A stretch of 63,746 bases of DNA, filler included, from Choristocarpus tenellus KU-1152 (lineage: Eukaryota > Protista > Phaeophyceae): assembly GCA_964200185.2 (NCBI GenBank). It is 10 parts of 10 records of this genome, joined end to end, with 100 filler letters (N's around TTAATTAATTAA, not from the genome) between each part and the next. Parts side by side here need not be neighbours in the genome. Positions count along the whole stretch, not along the records: positions 48,425 to 52,213 come from CAXNAD020017907.1; positions 52,314 to 60,960 come from CAXNAD020004489.1; positions 61,061 to 63,746 come from CAXNAD020025661.1; 7 more parts are not named here. The stretch is one strand, 5' to 3'. Position numbers and translations under genes: made by a program. Of the stretch, positions 51,337 to 63,720 are shown piece after piece; the first letter of the stretch is position 1; each line of letters starts with the position of its first letter. The notes under the pieces were generated by a model. It saw only the letters and a list, made by a program, of their open reading frames with translations. It ran no database searches and was not told the origin of the DNA.

Positions 51337-51704
51337 TCAGGAAACATTGCAGGTCTCATCCATCCCTGGAGGACTGGGATCCTTGAGACGCTGCTCTATC
51401 CGTTTTGCAATGGCAGCTGCAGTCAACTCTGGCTTGGGGCTGACAAATGTTGCCTCCATGAAGCCCTACCGCCACAGAACAGGATTAAAGAGCAAGGTGA
51501 AGATAATGGTCAATAAATGTGCTGTCATAAAAAATATAGTTATGTTAACCTAGCGACGAAAGAGATGATTGGAGCAAGGCAAATGAGTTACGGTCAGGGG
51601 CTAGGATATGTATCATACCCTCTGGATGAACTTCGAAATGAGCTCTTGTATGATCTGACTCAATGGAGTTGCTTTTCCATAATGAATGGAGTGTAGTAGG
51701 TAGC
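51337..51704 (-). CDS. Last two exons (51704-51619, 51465-51337) of an unidentified gene
   Basis: CTGCAG acceptor, GTATGA donor, TAG acceptor; in-phase peptide YLLHSIHYGKATPLSQIIQELISKFIQR|GFMEATFVSPKPELTAAAIAKRIEQRLKDPSPPGMDETCNVS*. Confidence 0.55.
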
Positions 51705-52011
51705 CTGCAGACCATGATATTTCCAACACATACAAACACTAAATACAGACACCACATAAGTCAATGTAGAATAAGCAAATCAAAAGGTCAAGGAGGGAGC
51801 ACTGAGCCAAAGTAAACAAGAGATGCCCAGAGTTGCATTTTAAGGATGCTGAAAAAATATGTGTAAAATTTGGTATTCTTGCAGATGCGTGTAGAGCCTG
51901 TTCTGATTTCTGTCAATTTTTTCAAACAATAGAGATATCAATGCTCGCTCAAGTCAAACTTAACTTTTCGTCTATAGGAATATAGGTGAATTACAATTGA
52001 TTGAAAATAGG

Positions 52012-52163
52012 GGCTCAAAGTATCTGGGGGTGAGGTGGGGGCTGTCCATTCGTGGCCCATGTTTCCATGTCCTGATTTTGGGCGATTTGGTTGCACTTTT
52101 CCTGGTCAGGGTCCGAATGGACACACTGGTGTAAACCCTCCCCCCCCCCCGATACTTTGTGCT
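52012..52163 (-). mobile_element. MITE family A with 4-bp TSD TAGG, inserted into repeat C
   Basis: TAGG on both flanks; uninterrupted homologous site at ~3470-3490. Confidence 0.85.
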
Positions 52164-52368
52164 TAGGCTTCCACTGTAAAAAAGCCAACCTGGGGACCCC
52201 TCATTTTCTTGGGNNNNNNNNNNNNNNNNNNNNNNNNNNNNNNNNNNNNNNNNNNNNTTAATTAATTAANNNNNNNNNNNNNNNNNNNNNNNNNNNNNNN
52301 NNNNNNNNNNNNNAATCGAAAAAAGGGTGAAAAACGGACGCCAACACCCCCCACAGATACTTTGACCC

Positions 52369-55331
52369 ACAATTTCTTTGAAGTACAAAGGTGTAAGCAA
52401 TACCGCTTCAGCTACCGCGCACTCTCTCCAGCACGCGGGGTACAAACCTCGATACCATCATAAATCAAAACACCAGTCACGGCTAGAAAGTGTCCCAAAC
52501 TTGTTGGATCTAGGGAGTTGTTGTGTGCTCTTGTGATTCCTTCGCGATGCAGGTGCCAGAAACTGTCTAGCCACGTATACTACTAGTGTGAGCGGAGAGC
52601 ACCTTCTCTCCTTTCACTCATTACATGGGTTTGGTTCATTCCTGAACCTGAAGGCACGCCTTCAACGGTCCCTGACATCATCACCCAGGGCCATGATGAA
52701 TGGTATTCACCCACCACTGGCGTGAAGAACTGTTGTTGTCGGTGTCGCTTGTATGATTGTAGGTCAAACGGAAGTTGACGAAGAAGTGTGAATTGATGGT
52801 GTCTGTGAGGTCGCGGACAGACACCGATCCATTGGTCGGTAAATGAGGGAGTTGAAGATTGTGAAGTTGACTTCGATGGTTCCTCTCTCCTTGTAGCTAT
52901 CCCCCCATCCGGTGAGGAGTCGTAGGGATTAATCTATCTGGTGGTGAGTTGAAGACAAACTAAATGGGTGAGCTCTTCTTGTGTCACCATGAACGAATAT
53001 CGAGATCGTCCTGTTCCTGTTGTTTTTGGTAGTGAAATTGTGCTCTTCTGCTGCCGCGAGGGAAGGAGTCAAGGGTTCACGACGATGGTGAGGGGTGGAA
53101 AGTTTGTTCTTTTCCCACATCATAGTCTCAGAGGAATCGAAATGTCGAAACTCTAAGTTATCAGTAAGCAACGTATCACAGGGGTGAGCTGATAGCAACG
53201 AGCCAAGTTTATTGGGGGGACATACAAACTCACGTACACTTGTGCACCATACAATTGTATAATTGTTAGGAGTTCAAGCTCCACACAATGAAACATGAAC
53301 CACTAGGATTTTGCAACGTCTCTGAACTAACAAGTACAGAGATGGCACTAGCTCGCTCTAATAGTGCTACTGCCTATTGAAATGCCGATTTTCGACAGTA
53401 CAAAGTGTCCTGTCTTGGTGTGATTTGTCGACATAATTGTTGATACTGATGAAATGCTGTGTTTGTTTCCGACAGTACAACCATTGACGCAAGAAGAACA
53501 CGTATATATATATATATGCATTGTAGCAACACTTTTTATACTTGTGGTTGGTTGGTCTCCCATCGCTCTTTCTCGTACCCTTACGCCACACAACAATGAG
53601 AAGTTGAATATTGTGATACTGTATTGTACTATCATATCGCCTTGTCTACATCAACTTGAAGTGGCATTAATTATTTTTGGGGGTATTCAACCGGAGATTT
53701 CGATGCCTCACGCCCCGCTCACCACATCTCACCAACTGTCATCCCCAACCAGCCAAGTAGTCAAGCAGCTTCCTTGTCTCCTCCTTCTCATGCTTTGCAA
53801 GGTCACTATTGTGCTCTTGGTACTTCACAACAACAACAATACTTCATCGATCTCTTCTGTGCGAGCAATGAGGGAAAACACCAACTAAAACTTGGTCGGA
53901 ACAAGTGTGTCCTCCTCGTTCATTCCCCTCGAAAGTTGCATCATAGTCTATCCCCGTGTTCTTACTTTCGGATCCTGGGCTTCCCCAAAACGCCACCACA
54001 AGCTCTTGCTGACGTACATACTCCTTACACCTATGTAAGTAAGAGATTTTTGCATCCCCTTGCACCCTTGGCAGCTTGAATTTTTCACCTAATAAATCAT
54101 CCCCCACACCTTCCGTGATAAATCTTAACCTTGTCGCCCACCCTTTCAATACCAATCATCTGATTCCTCAAGGTCCGATATACTACTCCTGCTACAATGT
54201 ATATCCGTCTTCTTCTTGCGCTGATGGTGGTACTGTCGACCACAAGACAGTATTTAAACAAGACCAGAAATTATGTCGACAAATCCAACCCAGGTAAGAC
54301 TCTTTGTACCGTCCAAAATCGGCATTTCAATAGGCAGTAGCACTATCAGAGCGAGCTAGTGCCATCTCCGTACTCGCTAGTCCCAAGATGTTATAAGAGC
54401 CTAATGCTTGATATAGCTTGAATGTCTAACAATGATACAATTGTATGGTGCACAAGTGTACGTAAGTCTGCTTATCCCCCAAATGTACTTGGCTCGTTGC
54501 TATTTTATCACCCGTGCGATGCGTTGCTCACTGATAACTTAGAGTTTTGAAATTTCCTCTCCCCTGAAACCATCAAGTGGGAAGAGAACTGCCAAGTGGG
54601 AAGAGAACTAGCTTTCCACCCCTCACCGATATCATCAATTCTTCACCCCTTCCCTCACGACAACAGAAGAGCACGAGATCGCCAAAGACGACTACCGGAA
54701 CATGACTACCCCCCTATTCTTTCATGGGGACACAAGAAGAAGCGCATCCACCGACGCCAACTTGAACTCACCACAAGATCCCTTTGACTCCTCACCGGAT
54801 GGGGAGATGGTTGCAACGAGAGAGACCACCGAAGTCGATTTCAGCATCTTCGGGTCCATCATCTACCGACCGCTGGAAACGGTGTCTGTTCGCCACCTCG
54901 CGGACAACATGGATTCACGCATCTTCACGAGCCTCCCTTGGACCTATGGCGACACAAGCGACACCGACAACCACAACTCCTCGCCCCAGTGGTGGGCGAA
55001 TACGCTCGTCATGACCCTGGGTGATGTTGCCAGGGACCGCTTCAGACGTGCCTTCAGGGAATGAACCGAACGCATGTAATGGGGGAAGGGAGAGAAGGTG
55101 CCCTCCGCTCGCTCGCGTGGTAAACGCGAGTAGACGGTTCCTCGCACGTGCATGGCGAAGGAACCGCGAGAGCACACAACAGCTCCCCGGATCCATCTAG
55201 TTTGGAGCACTTTCCTGTCGCAACTGGTGCTTTTGTTTATGATGGTATCGAGTTTTGTACCCTGCGTGCTGGAGAGAGTGCGCAGTAGCTGAAGTGGTAT
55301 TGCTTAGACCTTTCTACTTTAAAGAAATTGT
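52369..55331. repeat. Long diverged inverted repeat: arms ~52369-53530 and ~54187-55331, spacer ~655 bp
   Basis: Collinear reverse-complement similarity along ~1.15 kb (e.g. 52371-52475 vs 55224-55331; 53345-53420 vs 54290-54370). Confidence 0.9.
54702..55064 (+). CDS. Intronless 120-aa ORF of unknown function in the right arm; a disrupted paralogue lies at ~53010-52645 (-)
   Basis: ATG to stop; peptide conserved between arms (TEVDFSIFGSIIYRP vs IEVNFTIFNSLIYRP; TSDTDN..SS.QWW.NT). Confidence 0.5.
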   Translation: MTTPLFFHGDTRRSASTDANLNSPQDPFDSSPDGEMVATRETTEVDFSIFGSIIYRPLETVSVRHLADNMDSRIFTSLPWTYGDTSDTDNHNSSPQWWANTLVMTLGDVARDRFRRAFRE

Positions 55332-55456
55332 TACAGAGGTTGTGTTCGAGGAAATTGCTGGCAATGGGACGTTTGTTGTGGTCCCTCTAGTGGTCTCATC
55401 ATGTGTATCGCACAAACAAGAGGCCATGATGTGTTGTCAATGGATGGTTAGTGACA

Positions 55457-55701
55457 GTTGCCGATGATATCCTCAACAGCAGGGATCAGGTGCTGTCCTT
55501 GGTTCAGTAGCTACTCTCCTTGATTGTTTTGGTGATCCGAACATCCACCACATCCTTGGAAAATGCCACGATATGTTACCAATGAATGATTTGTAACCGT
55601 TGCCGATGATATCCTCAACAGCAGGAATCAGGTGCTGTCCTTGGTTCAGTGGTTACTCTCCTTGATCTACTCTGATCATCTGAACATCCACCACGTCCTT
55701 G
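55457..55701 (+). repeat. ~100-bp direct repeat, period ~142 bp
   Basis: GTTGCCGATGATATCCTCAACAGCAGG...CATCCACCAC.TCCTTG at 55457 and 55599. Confidence 0.85.
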
Positions 55702-56049
55702 TTTCTTTATGATTGATGTGTGCGTGTATGATGTAGTACTTTGTATCAGCACAATAATGAGTCGTTTGCGTTGCATAAATGCTCATGCATGCAAATGTAG
55801 GTACATGTGCTATGGCACCGAATACATATTTCGGTTTGCTTGTTCTGGCGTGCTCTCCAAGGTTGTTGATTGCATTGATGCTTTTTCAGCAGGTGTGCAA
55901 ACATATTGTATGCAATGTGCAACAGTGTAAGTGTGCCATGCCTATGGTGTCCGTTCTATGTGGATCAAATATCACCATGCATTGTCGTGAAAGTAGTGTG
56001 TGACTCGTAGTGGACCCGTGCAGTGACTGTGAGCGTAGCTTCCCTGTGC

Positions 56050-57880
56050 CATGAAGATTAGTAGTTGCTTAACTCCATGTCTCCGTGTGGTAAACTGAGA
56101 CTGCGGTTTGCTTCTTGTTGTTACTAACAGCTCCAAAGGACATGAACAATGGTAGCAAGAGAAGAAGCGAACAAAGAAACTCCATTCAGCAGACGGTGAA
56201 GGTGCTGGTATTGGTGGCTTGACTGACCTTACCTGCTGCTTTGGTGTGATGCATACAGGTCATCGCATCTTCCTTGCAATGCCATTCGGCCATGAACTTT
56301 GCTGTGCCGTTAGTCACACACTCATACCAATCCTGCTTGCCAGTGCCTCCGCGCTCGAACCCTCAATTACGATCCCAAACTTGTCAGTATCCTCTTGGAG
56401 ACATGTCTGCAACCTCTTCTCCTTTCCACCTTTCTTCCGTTTTCCATTAGCAAGCTCCCCACAAACACATCAATACCTTGGGAAGTCGGTCATTCCCCAT
56501 GCAACCAACTGACCCCAGCAAATAGGACCCTCCTCTTGCTCACCATTGCCCTGACACTCTCTCACACCCAGTCTTCATATCATAGCATCGTTGTAGGGTA
56601 GGGCATGATCAGTTTGTTCCTGTTTGCGGATCGTATGCAGAGGAGGAGGAATTTGTGGTTGTGGGAACAGGGCTTCGAGTCGTGAGCTTGGCGGGGTGTT
56701 CACATCATACAACCATACAATAGAACTTCATGTACATCAGCTTTGAGATTTCAAATCTTAAGCACAAGTGAGGCACCCGAGGTCTTGTCAATATGAACTT
56801 GGCCGTGCTCGTGAAAACGAGGCCAAGGTTTCTGAATCCTCCGCTTGATCTCAACAGAAATCGTGGTATCTTCACTGATGGCTCCCCCAAGGTAAACAAG
56901 CTATTCTTTCTGCTTGTAGGTCTGGTCCGATAACTAAACCTCGATGGTTTCGTCATTCTGACAGGGAGGATAAAGACACATAGTCTCCATCTTTAGTGCC
57001 GACACGGTCAAATCAAATGATCTGGCCACCTTCACAAGGACTGCCATCATCTTAGCCAAACCTCATTGGGTCTTGGAGACAATGCCCGCATCATCAGCAA
57101 AATGCATACCCCAAAAACGTCACTCTAGTGTTTTCCCACTCCCTGAATGATGCTCCTCCTCCTCTCATTAGCTTGTTTGTTTGCAGTCGCTCTTTTGATG
57201 ACAACAAGGTACTTGGAGATGGCCATGTCAGCGGTGAACTCCTTAGCTGCCACGCTTAGCACTGCAGTAGAGAAGATGTCGAGGAGGATTGGAGTAAGAG
57301 CATTGTCCTTCCAAAGGCCCTGTCCAACATCATACCAGTCTGTGCACTTACCAACCTTCATCCGTGCGAACACATGACCTCATACCATCATGGAGTAGAA
57401 GGATGAAACAGATCATCCTCCGAGGTATGCCAAATATGGCCAGCACAACCCAGAGATAGAGAGAGAGACCACAGTCAAAAGAGTCATATGTTTTCTGGAG
57501 ATCGACAAAGCACATGAAGAAGGGTTAATGCTTTTTCTGGACGAGCTCTTGGTGGGTACATACAGTGCACATCATGTTCAGAATGGAGTATCAGCCCGGA
57601 AACCGCACTGTTCTTCGTGAAGGATGTTCTCCTATTCTAGCTTAGCCTCCAACAGCCTGCAACAGCTTTGAGGAGAAGTCTACGAACATATGCCACCAAT
57701 GAGATTTGTGGTCCGTTTTCTTGTAGAGCGGTTGACTTAGCCGGGCCCATGAGGATTCTCGTTCTATTTTTTCTAGCTCAACTGGAAGATTATTGGGACC
57801 CATGCTCTTCCCATTTCCCAATATCTGGAGTGCTTCAGCCTCTTCCATCATCGTCGGAGGAGGAGCGAGGACCATGAATG
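56050..57880 (-). mobile_element. RTE-like LINE reverse transcriptase relic
   Basis: GKSMGPNNLPVEL, FMCFVDLQKTYDS, WYDVGQGL...LTPILLDIF, GMHFADDAGIVS...GLAKMM; stops and frameshifts. Confidence 0.85.
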
Positions 57881-59683
57881 TGGGTTATTGATCGAGACCT
57901 TCATCACTTTGAGGATTGAGGTCAACCAACTTGGTAATGAAAAACACTACAAAATATCTCCTGCACCCTTCCATGATGATGCTTCCCCCAGGAGTAGCCA
58001 TCCAGACTCATCACGGACGCACCGAGAGACACTTTCTCCCTCTCCCTCTCTGAGTTTCTCGACATTGGAGGCTTTTAGGCGTTGGTAGAAACCACCATGG
58101 TCCCCATGGTGAATATGGCCACCCATCTTCAACACGTTCTTGACAGTGGCATTTTGGGGGTCTGTTAGCAGTTGCTTCCATCCCCTCTCCCGTTCTTCCC
58201 AGGCTTCCAGGAAATTTGCTTGAGGTTGGTTACTTGCAAACCGCCTTTTGGTCAGCACCCTCGGCAGTGGTGGAAGTCGTCTTCTAAACCAAGCAGCATC
58301 GAAAAAATGGGCTATGTATGAAGGTGCCCACTGTCAATATTGACAAGTACATCAACTTTATTTTTGAGTGGGACTGGCTCTGCTTCTGTGAGGATTTTTC
58401 AGCGATCATGGTAGTCAGTTTAGACCTCAAGGGTGGTGTAGACATCAGGGCTCGTCGGTTAGAGTGTAAGTCCCTTGACACCTGGTCCCATCTTTTGGTT
58501 GGGAGCAAACCCATCAAGGAGACGGACTGATACCGACAACATACCGTGATCCGATTCCGTTGTCAGGACCGAGTGCATCCTCATGCTCCGAACGAGGAGG
58601 CGGTCAGCCTGACGTGTACAAACATCACCAAAACGAAGATTTCCATTTTCCCTCAATGATCCAAGTACGTACGGGAACACTCCTTGGGTACAGTGAAAAA
58701 TGTGTAGACAAGTGTAAGCCTATTCATCGCTGCAAACCTCAACAGACGCTCACCATTATCACGCAACACATCTCATCTATACCCCCCAAGAATCCGAATA
58801 TTGTAATGATCTCCCCCTCCCTTACCTCTATTTCCAGTGCGACCATTCGCGGTCGTCAGAACAAAGAGCATACCCTCGGGAGGAGTCCGCTGCATCACAA
58901 TGTGGAACTTCTCTCATATATCATCCTTGGCTGGCTTTAAGGTCTCTTCTCTTGGGAAATATCCCACGACAAAGGTAGTGCCTGTGGAACTGCCTGTCAT
59001 CAGCACCAGGACCTTCATCGTCCGTTCATTACGGTAATCTACTTCGTGGGGGTCTGTTGTAGGATGGATTACCTCACTGCCAAACCCACCCTTTGTTTAC
59101 CCTTTGATCTTCTCTCCCGCTAAGGAAAACCTTATGCTTGGGCTCAGACAGTCAAGGGAGGAAATCCCATCTTTTCTTGTCTCTCGAAGTCCCAATCACA
59201 TCGCGTCCTCAAGTCCAAGACCGTCGCTTCAAGACCTTCGCATGACCCACTCCGTTCTTGCCTTTCACGATCACGGTTCGAACATTCCACATATCCACAG
59301 TCTGCTCTCTGCTCTGGGATCATTGACACCTCATCTCCATCATTTAGGACCAATATCAGTGTAAGGGGGAGCGTATGTCATATATCCAGATACAGTTACA
59401 TGTTGGATCGGTATGATTGGTTTTCATGGAGTTTTGCTGAACCGAAAATCGATTGGCAATTTTCGATTGGGTATTTTGTCGCTTTAATGCAGACTGTGCG
59501 TACTGCTAGTTGACTTCATTTATCGGGTACCTTTTGTACAGTACCCTTTGCACTTGGTAATGATATGTAGTCGTAGCTATTGCTGCAAGCGAAGCAGTGG
59601 ATATTATTTGAATCTACTACTCTAAATGGATTTGTAACTACCGTCAGATACCCCCTCCTTCCATAATGTGAGTCGAACCATTT

Positions 59684-59854
59684 GACCCAAAGTATGTTGG
59701 GGGGGGGTCTACACCAGGGTGTCCATTTGGACCAAATCAGGAAAAGTGCATTTGCATTATCCATCCGATGTATCCAACCAAATCATCCAAAGTTCGCGAA
59801 ATGAAAAATTGACCCCAAATGGACAGCCACCACCACCCCGAGATACTTTGAGCC
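59684..59854 (+). mobile_element. MITE family A, full copy; a family B terminal fragment follows at 59957-59994
   Basis: Both TIRs and subterminal boxes. Confidence 0.85.
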
Positions 59855-60395
59855 CTTGGTGAACATTGCTGAGAGGATGGTTGGCCCAGAAGGTGTCTAT
59901 TTGATTTTTTTGTTGTGTGGCAGGACCCTGGTGTGTGGTGCTTTCATTAGTTTTCAGAGTGAAAGTATCTTAGAGGGTACGAGTTTTGCCCTGTAACAAT
60001 CTCAACCAGTAAAGCACTTTTCGAGACCCATGGTGCCCGTGGGTGAACCTTTGTTGGTCCTCGAAAGTGTTATACGAACTCATCTTAATGTTGACATATC
60101 TCTGCAGCCCAACTTACTCTAAACACCTTGTACAACTTTGCAGGTTTCATCTTGTCGAGTATCAATTCCTGGCACAATTAACGATCCAGTTTCACACATC
60201 ACAGTTGATACTGCAACTGATATTTGTGCCAATAGGTATCGTTGCATGTAAGCTCAATCCCATCCTTTGTTCTACTAACATCAATCCTATACCATTTAGT
60301 GCCTTACGACAAAGGTGCTGGGTGAAGATCTTTGCAAGTACATGGCTTTATGTGTCATCAATTGGCTTCTTTGAGTGACAACTTGTTGGGATGTC

Positions 60396-60770
60396 AGCCT
60401 CTGGGTCGGGTCCCAAAGAAAAAATGAATTTGTTGCACTGGGCGGGCAAAAAAAAGGTCCTGTCCGCCAGCCGGACTGGTCCATAATTTCTTAACATGTC
60501 CCGGTCCATATCCGTAGTTGTTAAATCGGTTCATGTTCGCTGGCCAGACCTGTTCTAGTATTCTCTAACATTTCGGACCATGTCCGCTAGATATTCCTCC
60601 CATTCATGCCCAGCGACAGGACCAGGTCTAGTACTCTCTAGGCCATGTCCACTAGGTATTGTACCGTTCCGTGTCAGCCAACCACCCGGACTATGCTCTG
60701 CCTATTTTGTTCCATGTCCCAACCATGGTCACCAGTCAATCTAACTTTTTTCTAGCATGTCAGGACCATG
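60396..60770 (+). mobile_element. Probable DNA-transposon (hAT-like) end rich in GGACC/GGTCC subrepeats; similar tracts at ~46770-46890 and ~47990-48200
   Basis: Starts CAGCCTCTGGGTCGGGTCCC; dense short GGACC(A)/GGTCC motifs. Confidence 0.4.
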
Positions 60771-60771
60771 T

Positions 60772-60946
60772 GGCTCAAAATATCTTGGGGGGTGGCGGCT
60801 GTCCATTTGGGGTCAATTTTTTCATGTCGCGATTTTTTGGTGATTTGGTTCCGTACGCCGGATGGATAATGTAAGTGCACTTCTCCTATTTTTGGTCCAA
60901 ATGGACACCCTGGTGTAGACCCCCCCCCCCCCCGGTACTTTGGGTC
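60772..60946 (-). mobile_element. MITE family A, full copy
   Basis: Reverse complement of 59684-59854. Confidence 0.85.
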
Positions 60947-61801
60947 CCAGGGCATAATGGNNNNNNNNNNNNNNNNNNNNNNNNNNNNNNNNNNNNNNNN
61001 NNNNTTAATTAATTAANNNNNNNNNNNNNNNNNNNNNNNNNNNNNNNNNNNNNNNNNNNNCCCTCTCGCCCCCTCGAGTTTCCGTCGACCCAACAGTGCA
61101 ACTAACTCCCCCCCTCCCCCACCCCCCCCCCATCCCCCTGGTCAATTATGCTATATACTCCGGAGTATGCTTGTTTTGATGAATAATGAATCGTTTGACA
61201 CGTTAAGAATACCATCCACTCAACACTTCATTGCTGGAGCCAATTGCTCTTTAGAGCAAGTAGGAGACAAGGACACCATATATGGTTTATCTTACGATCC
61301 CCAAAAAACTCCTCTTCTGTAGTGAGGCTTGAGGCTCGCATCCTGCAACCAAAGCTCTGGTTGACTATAGACATTATAAAATTAAAATATTGCCCACGAT
61401 TTTTTTTTTTCAATTCATTAGCAACATTTGTTCATCCTCGATCCATTTGAGTTGCCTAATCTTTTTCTAATCACTTGGACTTAATCCCCGGACTTAATCC
61501 CCTAACCCTAAGACAACACAACTTCACTATCAGTTCAAAAAAATTTAAACAAAGCCGTAGAATATCCCAGCACCCAACTTAGCGAGAAATAATGCTAGCC
61601 TCTGCCCTGGGCCTCGTCAATCCTCTCTGTCTCTCATTTCCCTCCTTTCACCTTGGCCTAACCCATTCATCCTCTCTTGCACCTACTGCTGCTGCTCTGA
61701 TCCTCGCATTGTTGATGCTGCTTGATGTACTGCATCTCTCCCACCCAATGTAATACCTTCCCAACTCTTTGAATCTGGTACGACCCATGAATCACCGACA
61801 G

Positions 61802-61996
61802 CCGATGGAGATGGACCCATTCTGGCGCCCCCAGACCGATGAGGAGAGGGAAGATGAGGGGGAGGAGGGCCATTTGAGCCTAACCAACATCTCCAGACAG
61901 TATTTGGATAGTGTTAGACGCCGTAAGGGTCTTGTCACAAGTGAAAAGATCGTTGTTGCTGCTGAGAAGCAACGTACTTTAAATCGGAAGAAGTAA
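61802..61996 (+). CDS. EFL1: Terminal exon of elongation factor-like GTPase 1 (EFL1/Ria1)
   Basis: DPFWRPQTDEEREDEGE...NISRQYLDSVRRRKGLVTSEKIVVAAEKQRTLNRKK* is the diagnostic EFL1 C-terminus; CAG acceptor at 61801. Confidence 0.9.
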   Translation, partial: PMEMDPFWRPQTDEEREDEGEEGHLSLTNISRQYLDSVRRRKGLVTSEKIVVAAEKQRTLNRKK

Positions 61997-63414
61997 TAGG
62001 GCCTGATTTTTATTGGTTTTGGTGCATGTTGCTGTTGGCTTTGAAACACCCAAGAATGACTGTTTTGGCACACTTGACCTTTGTGGCAAGTTGTTGTGTT
62101 GTTGCGTTGTTGTGTTGTTGTGCCTCTCCTCATGTGGGTTGTTTTCCTTTTCTGTGTGGGGGTTTCTGTTCTGGAGTAGTCCTGTTTTTTTACCACGTGT
62201 CATGAGTCCCATCAGATATTTTTGCTTCAGTGTTGGGTGATGACGTGCTGTGATGTGTGGCAGCAAGCCATGGTTGTGTGGAGTTTCTGTGTTGGTGTTA
62301 GTATCTTGTGCAGGTTCTGGTTGGAGATATTCTTGCCCTGCTCTGTCCTCAAAGTCTCTCTTTGTTGTTGTCCAAACCCAGCACAGCTTGCCTTTATGAT
62401 TGGTAGTAATACACACTCTCTTCTAATCTGGTAAGATTATGATTGTGATTTAAATAGCCACTCCTGGTCATCGCATTATCACCGCACTTTCACCTCTAAC
62501 TGAGATGGAAATCAGGAGGTGTTTGGTGTCAGCCCGCCAAAGAATATGTTCACTATATGTAAATCCACTATGAGAAAATCGCTTCTTAGCTTTAGAGGTG
62601 ACTCCAGTCCAAAGAAACCTTTCTTGTGGTGTTGTTAATCGGTCCGATTCGATTAAATCTATTTATTTTTTTTGAAACTGAGAATCTTGGATTATTAGGT
62701 TCCTTTTTTTTCTTCTATGGAATATTTGGAGGAGAGTTGGACAAAGCACGACACACAAGGACCTCAAACATATCTAGGACTGCATAACAAGCCATGATGT
62801 GCTCAGGTACTTGGTGAGGGTAGATAAATACAAGTATGATGTCAATCCACCTGCAGGATGTGCCCTTCCAGGTGTGGAGGATGGTTGCAAGGAAGGTGAA
62901 GATGCTGAATTTGCTTTGAGGGCGCAGACAGTAAGTCATCAATGGTTAAGTCGAGTCGGTGTTGGAGGAGGAAGATTGCCATATCACGACCCACCCCTGC
63001 ATAGATCTATGTTTGGAGTGTATGGCTGGTATAGCATTCAATGGGGAAGGGATAAATGACGCCATATCCTTTGTGCCGCCAATCCACAAGTGTAATATTA
63101 CCTGATTTTGTGAACCGCTTTGGTACAGGGAAGAATACTGCCCAGTACTCTGAGTGTAAGAAAAGGCAACCCAGAGAGTTTTAATTGGAAGCGTATCCTG
63201 TCTACTTGTTTGGACCCCACAACCAAAATGCTCACAGGATTCTAGAGAATGAACACAATGAAGATGTGTGTAGTTAGATGGAGTTGGAAGTTCTTGGCGT
63301 TGTGGAGGAGAATAGTCCAAAGGTGGAACCAAGCCCATACACGTATACTGTCCATCATGAGGGGGGAGGCCGTCCCAAAAATGATACTAGGGGTTTGTAA
63401 GGGGTTCCCTTGCA

Positions 63415-63720
63415 ATGTGTATAAAGAGTTCAAGTGGTGGTGGTGGGATCTCGGAACACAGACAAGGTCAGGGAGCATGTGGAAGGAGCAACACATGTGG
63501 AGAAGCGAATACCTTCAAGGTTACCGTAAGAAGGCTGCCAACAATTGAAATGGACAGTGAAGCTTATAACAATCCACTCAGCTGGTGGAGGGAAAGGAGA
63601 TCAAAATTTCCGTGCCTGGTCAGACTTGCCCGCCACGTTTTGACCATCCCTCGCACACAACATGCAGACTCAAGAGGGCATGTTCTCAACAGCGGGGAAT
63701 GACGTGACCTAAGCACAAAC
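63415..63720 (+). mobile_element. hAT transposase C-terminal dimerisation domain relic
   Basis: NPLSWWRERRSKFPCLVRLARHVLTIP followed by a frameshifted S..FSTAG-like motif. Confidence 0.8.

Noticed and set aside
57900-59400. Gypsy/chromovirus relic ending in PPT AAGGGGGAGCG plus TG at ~59363-59377
   Set aside because: A PPT-like signal is present, but no domain motif could be read with confidence.
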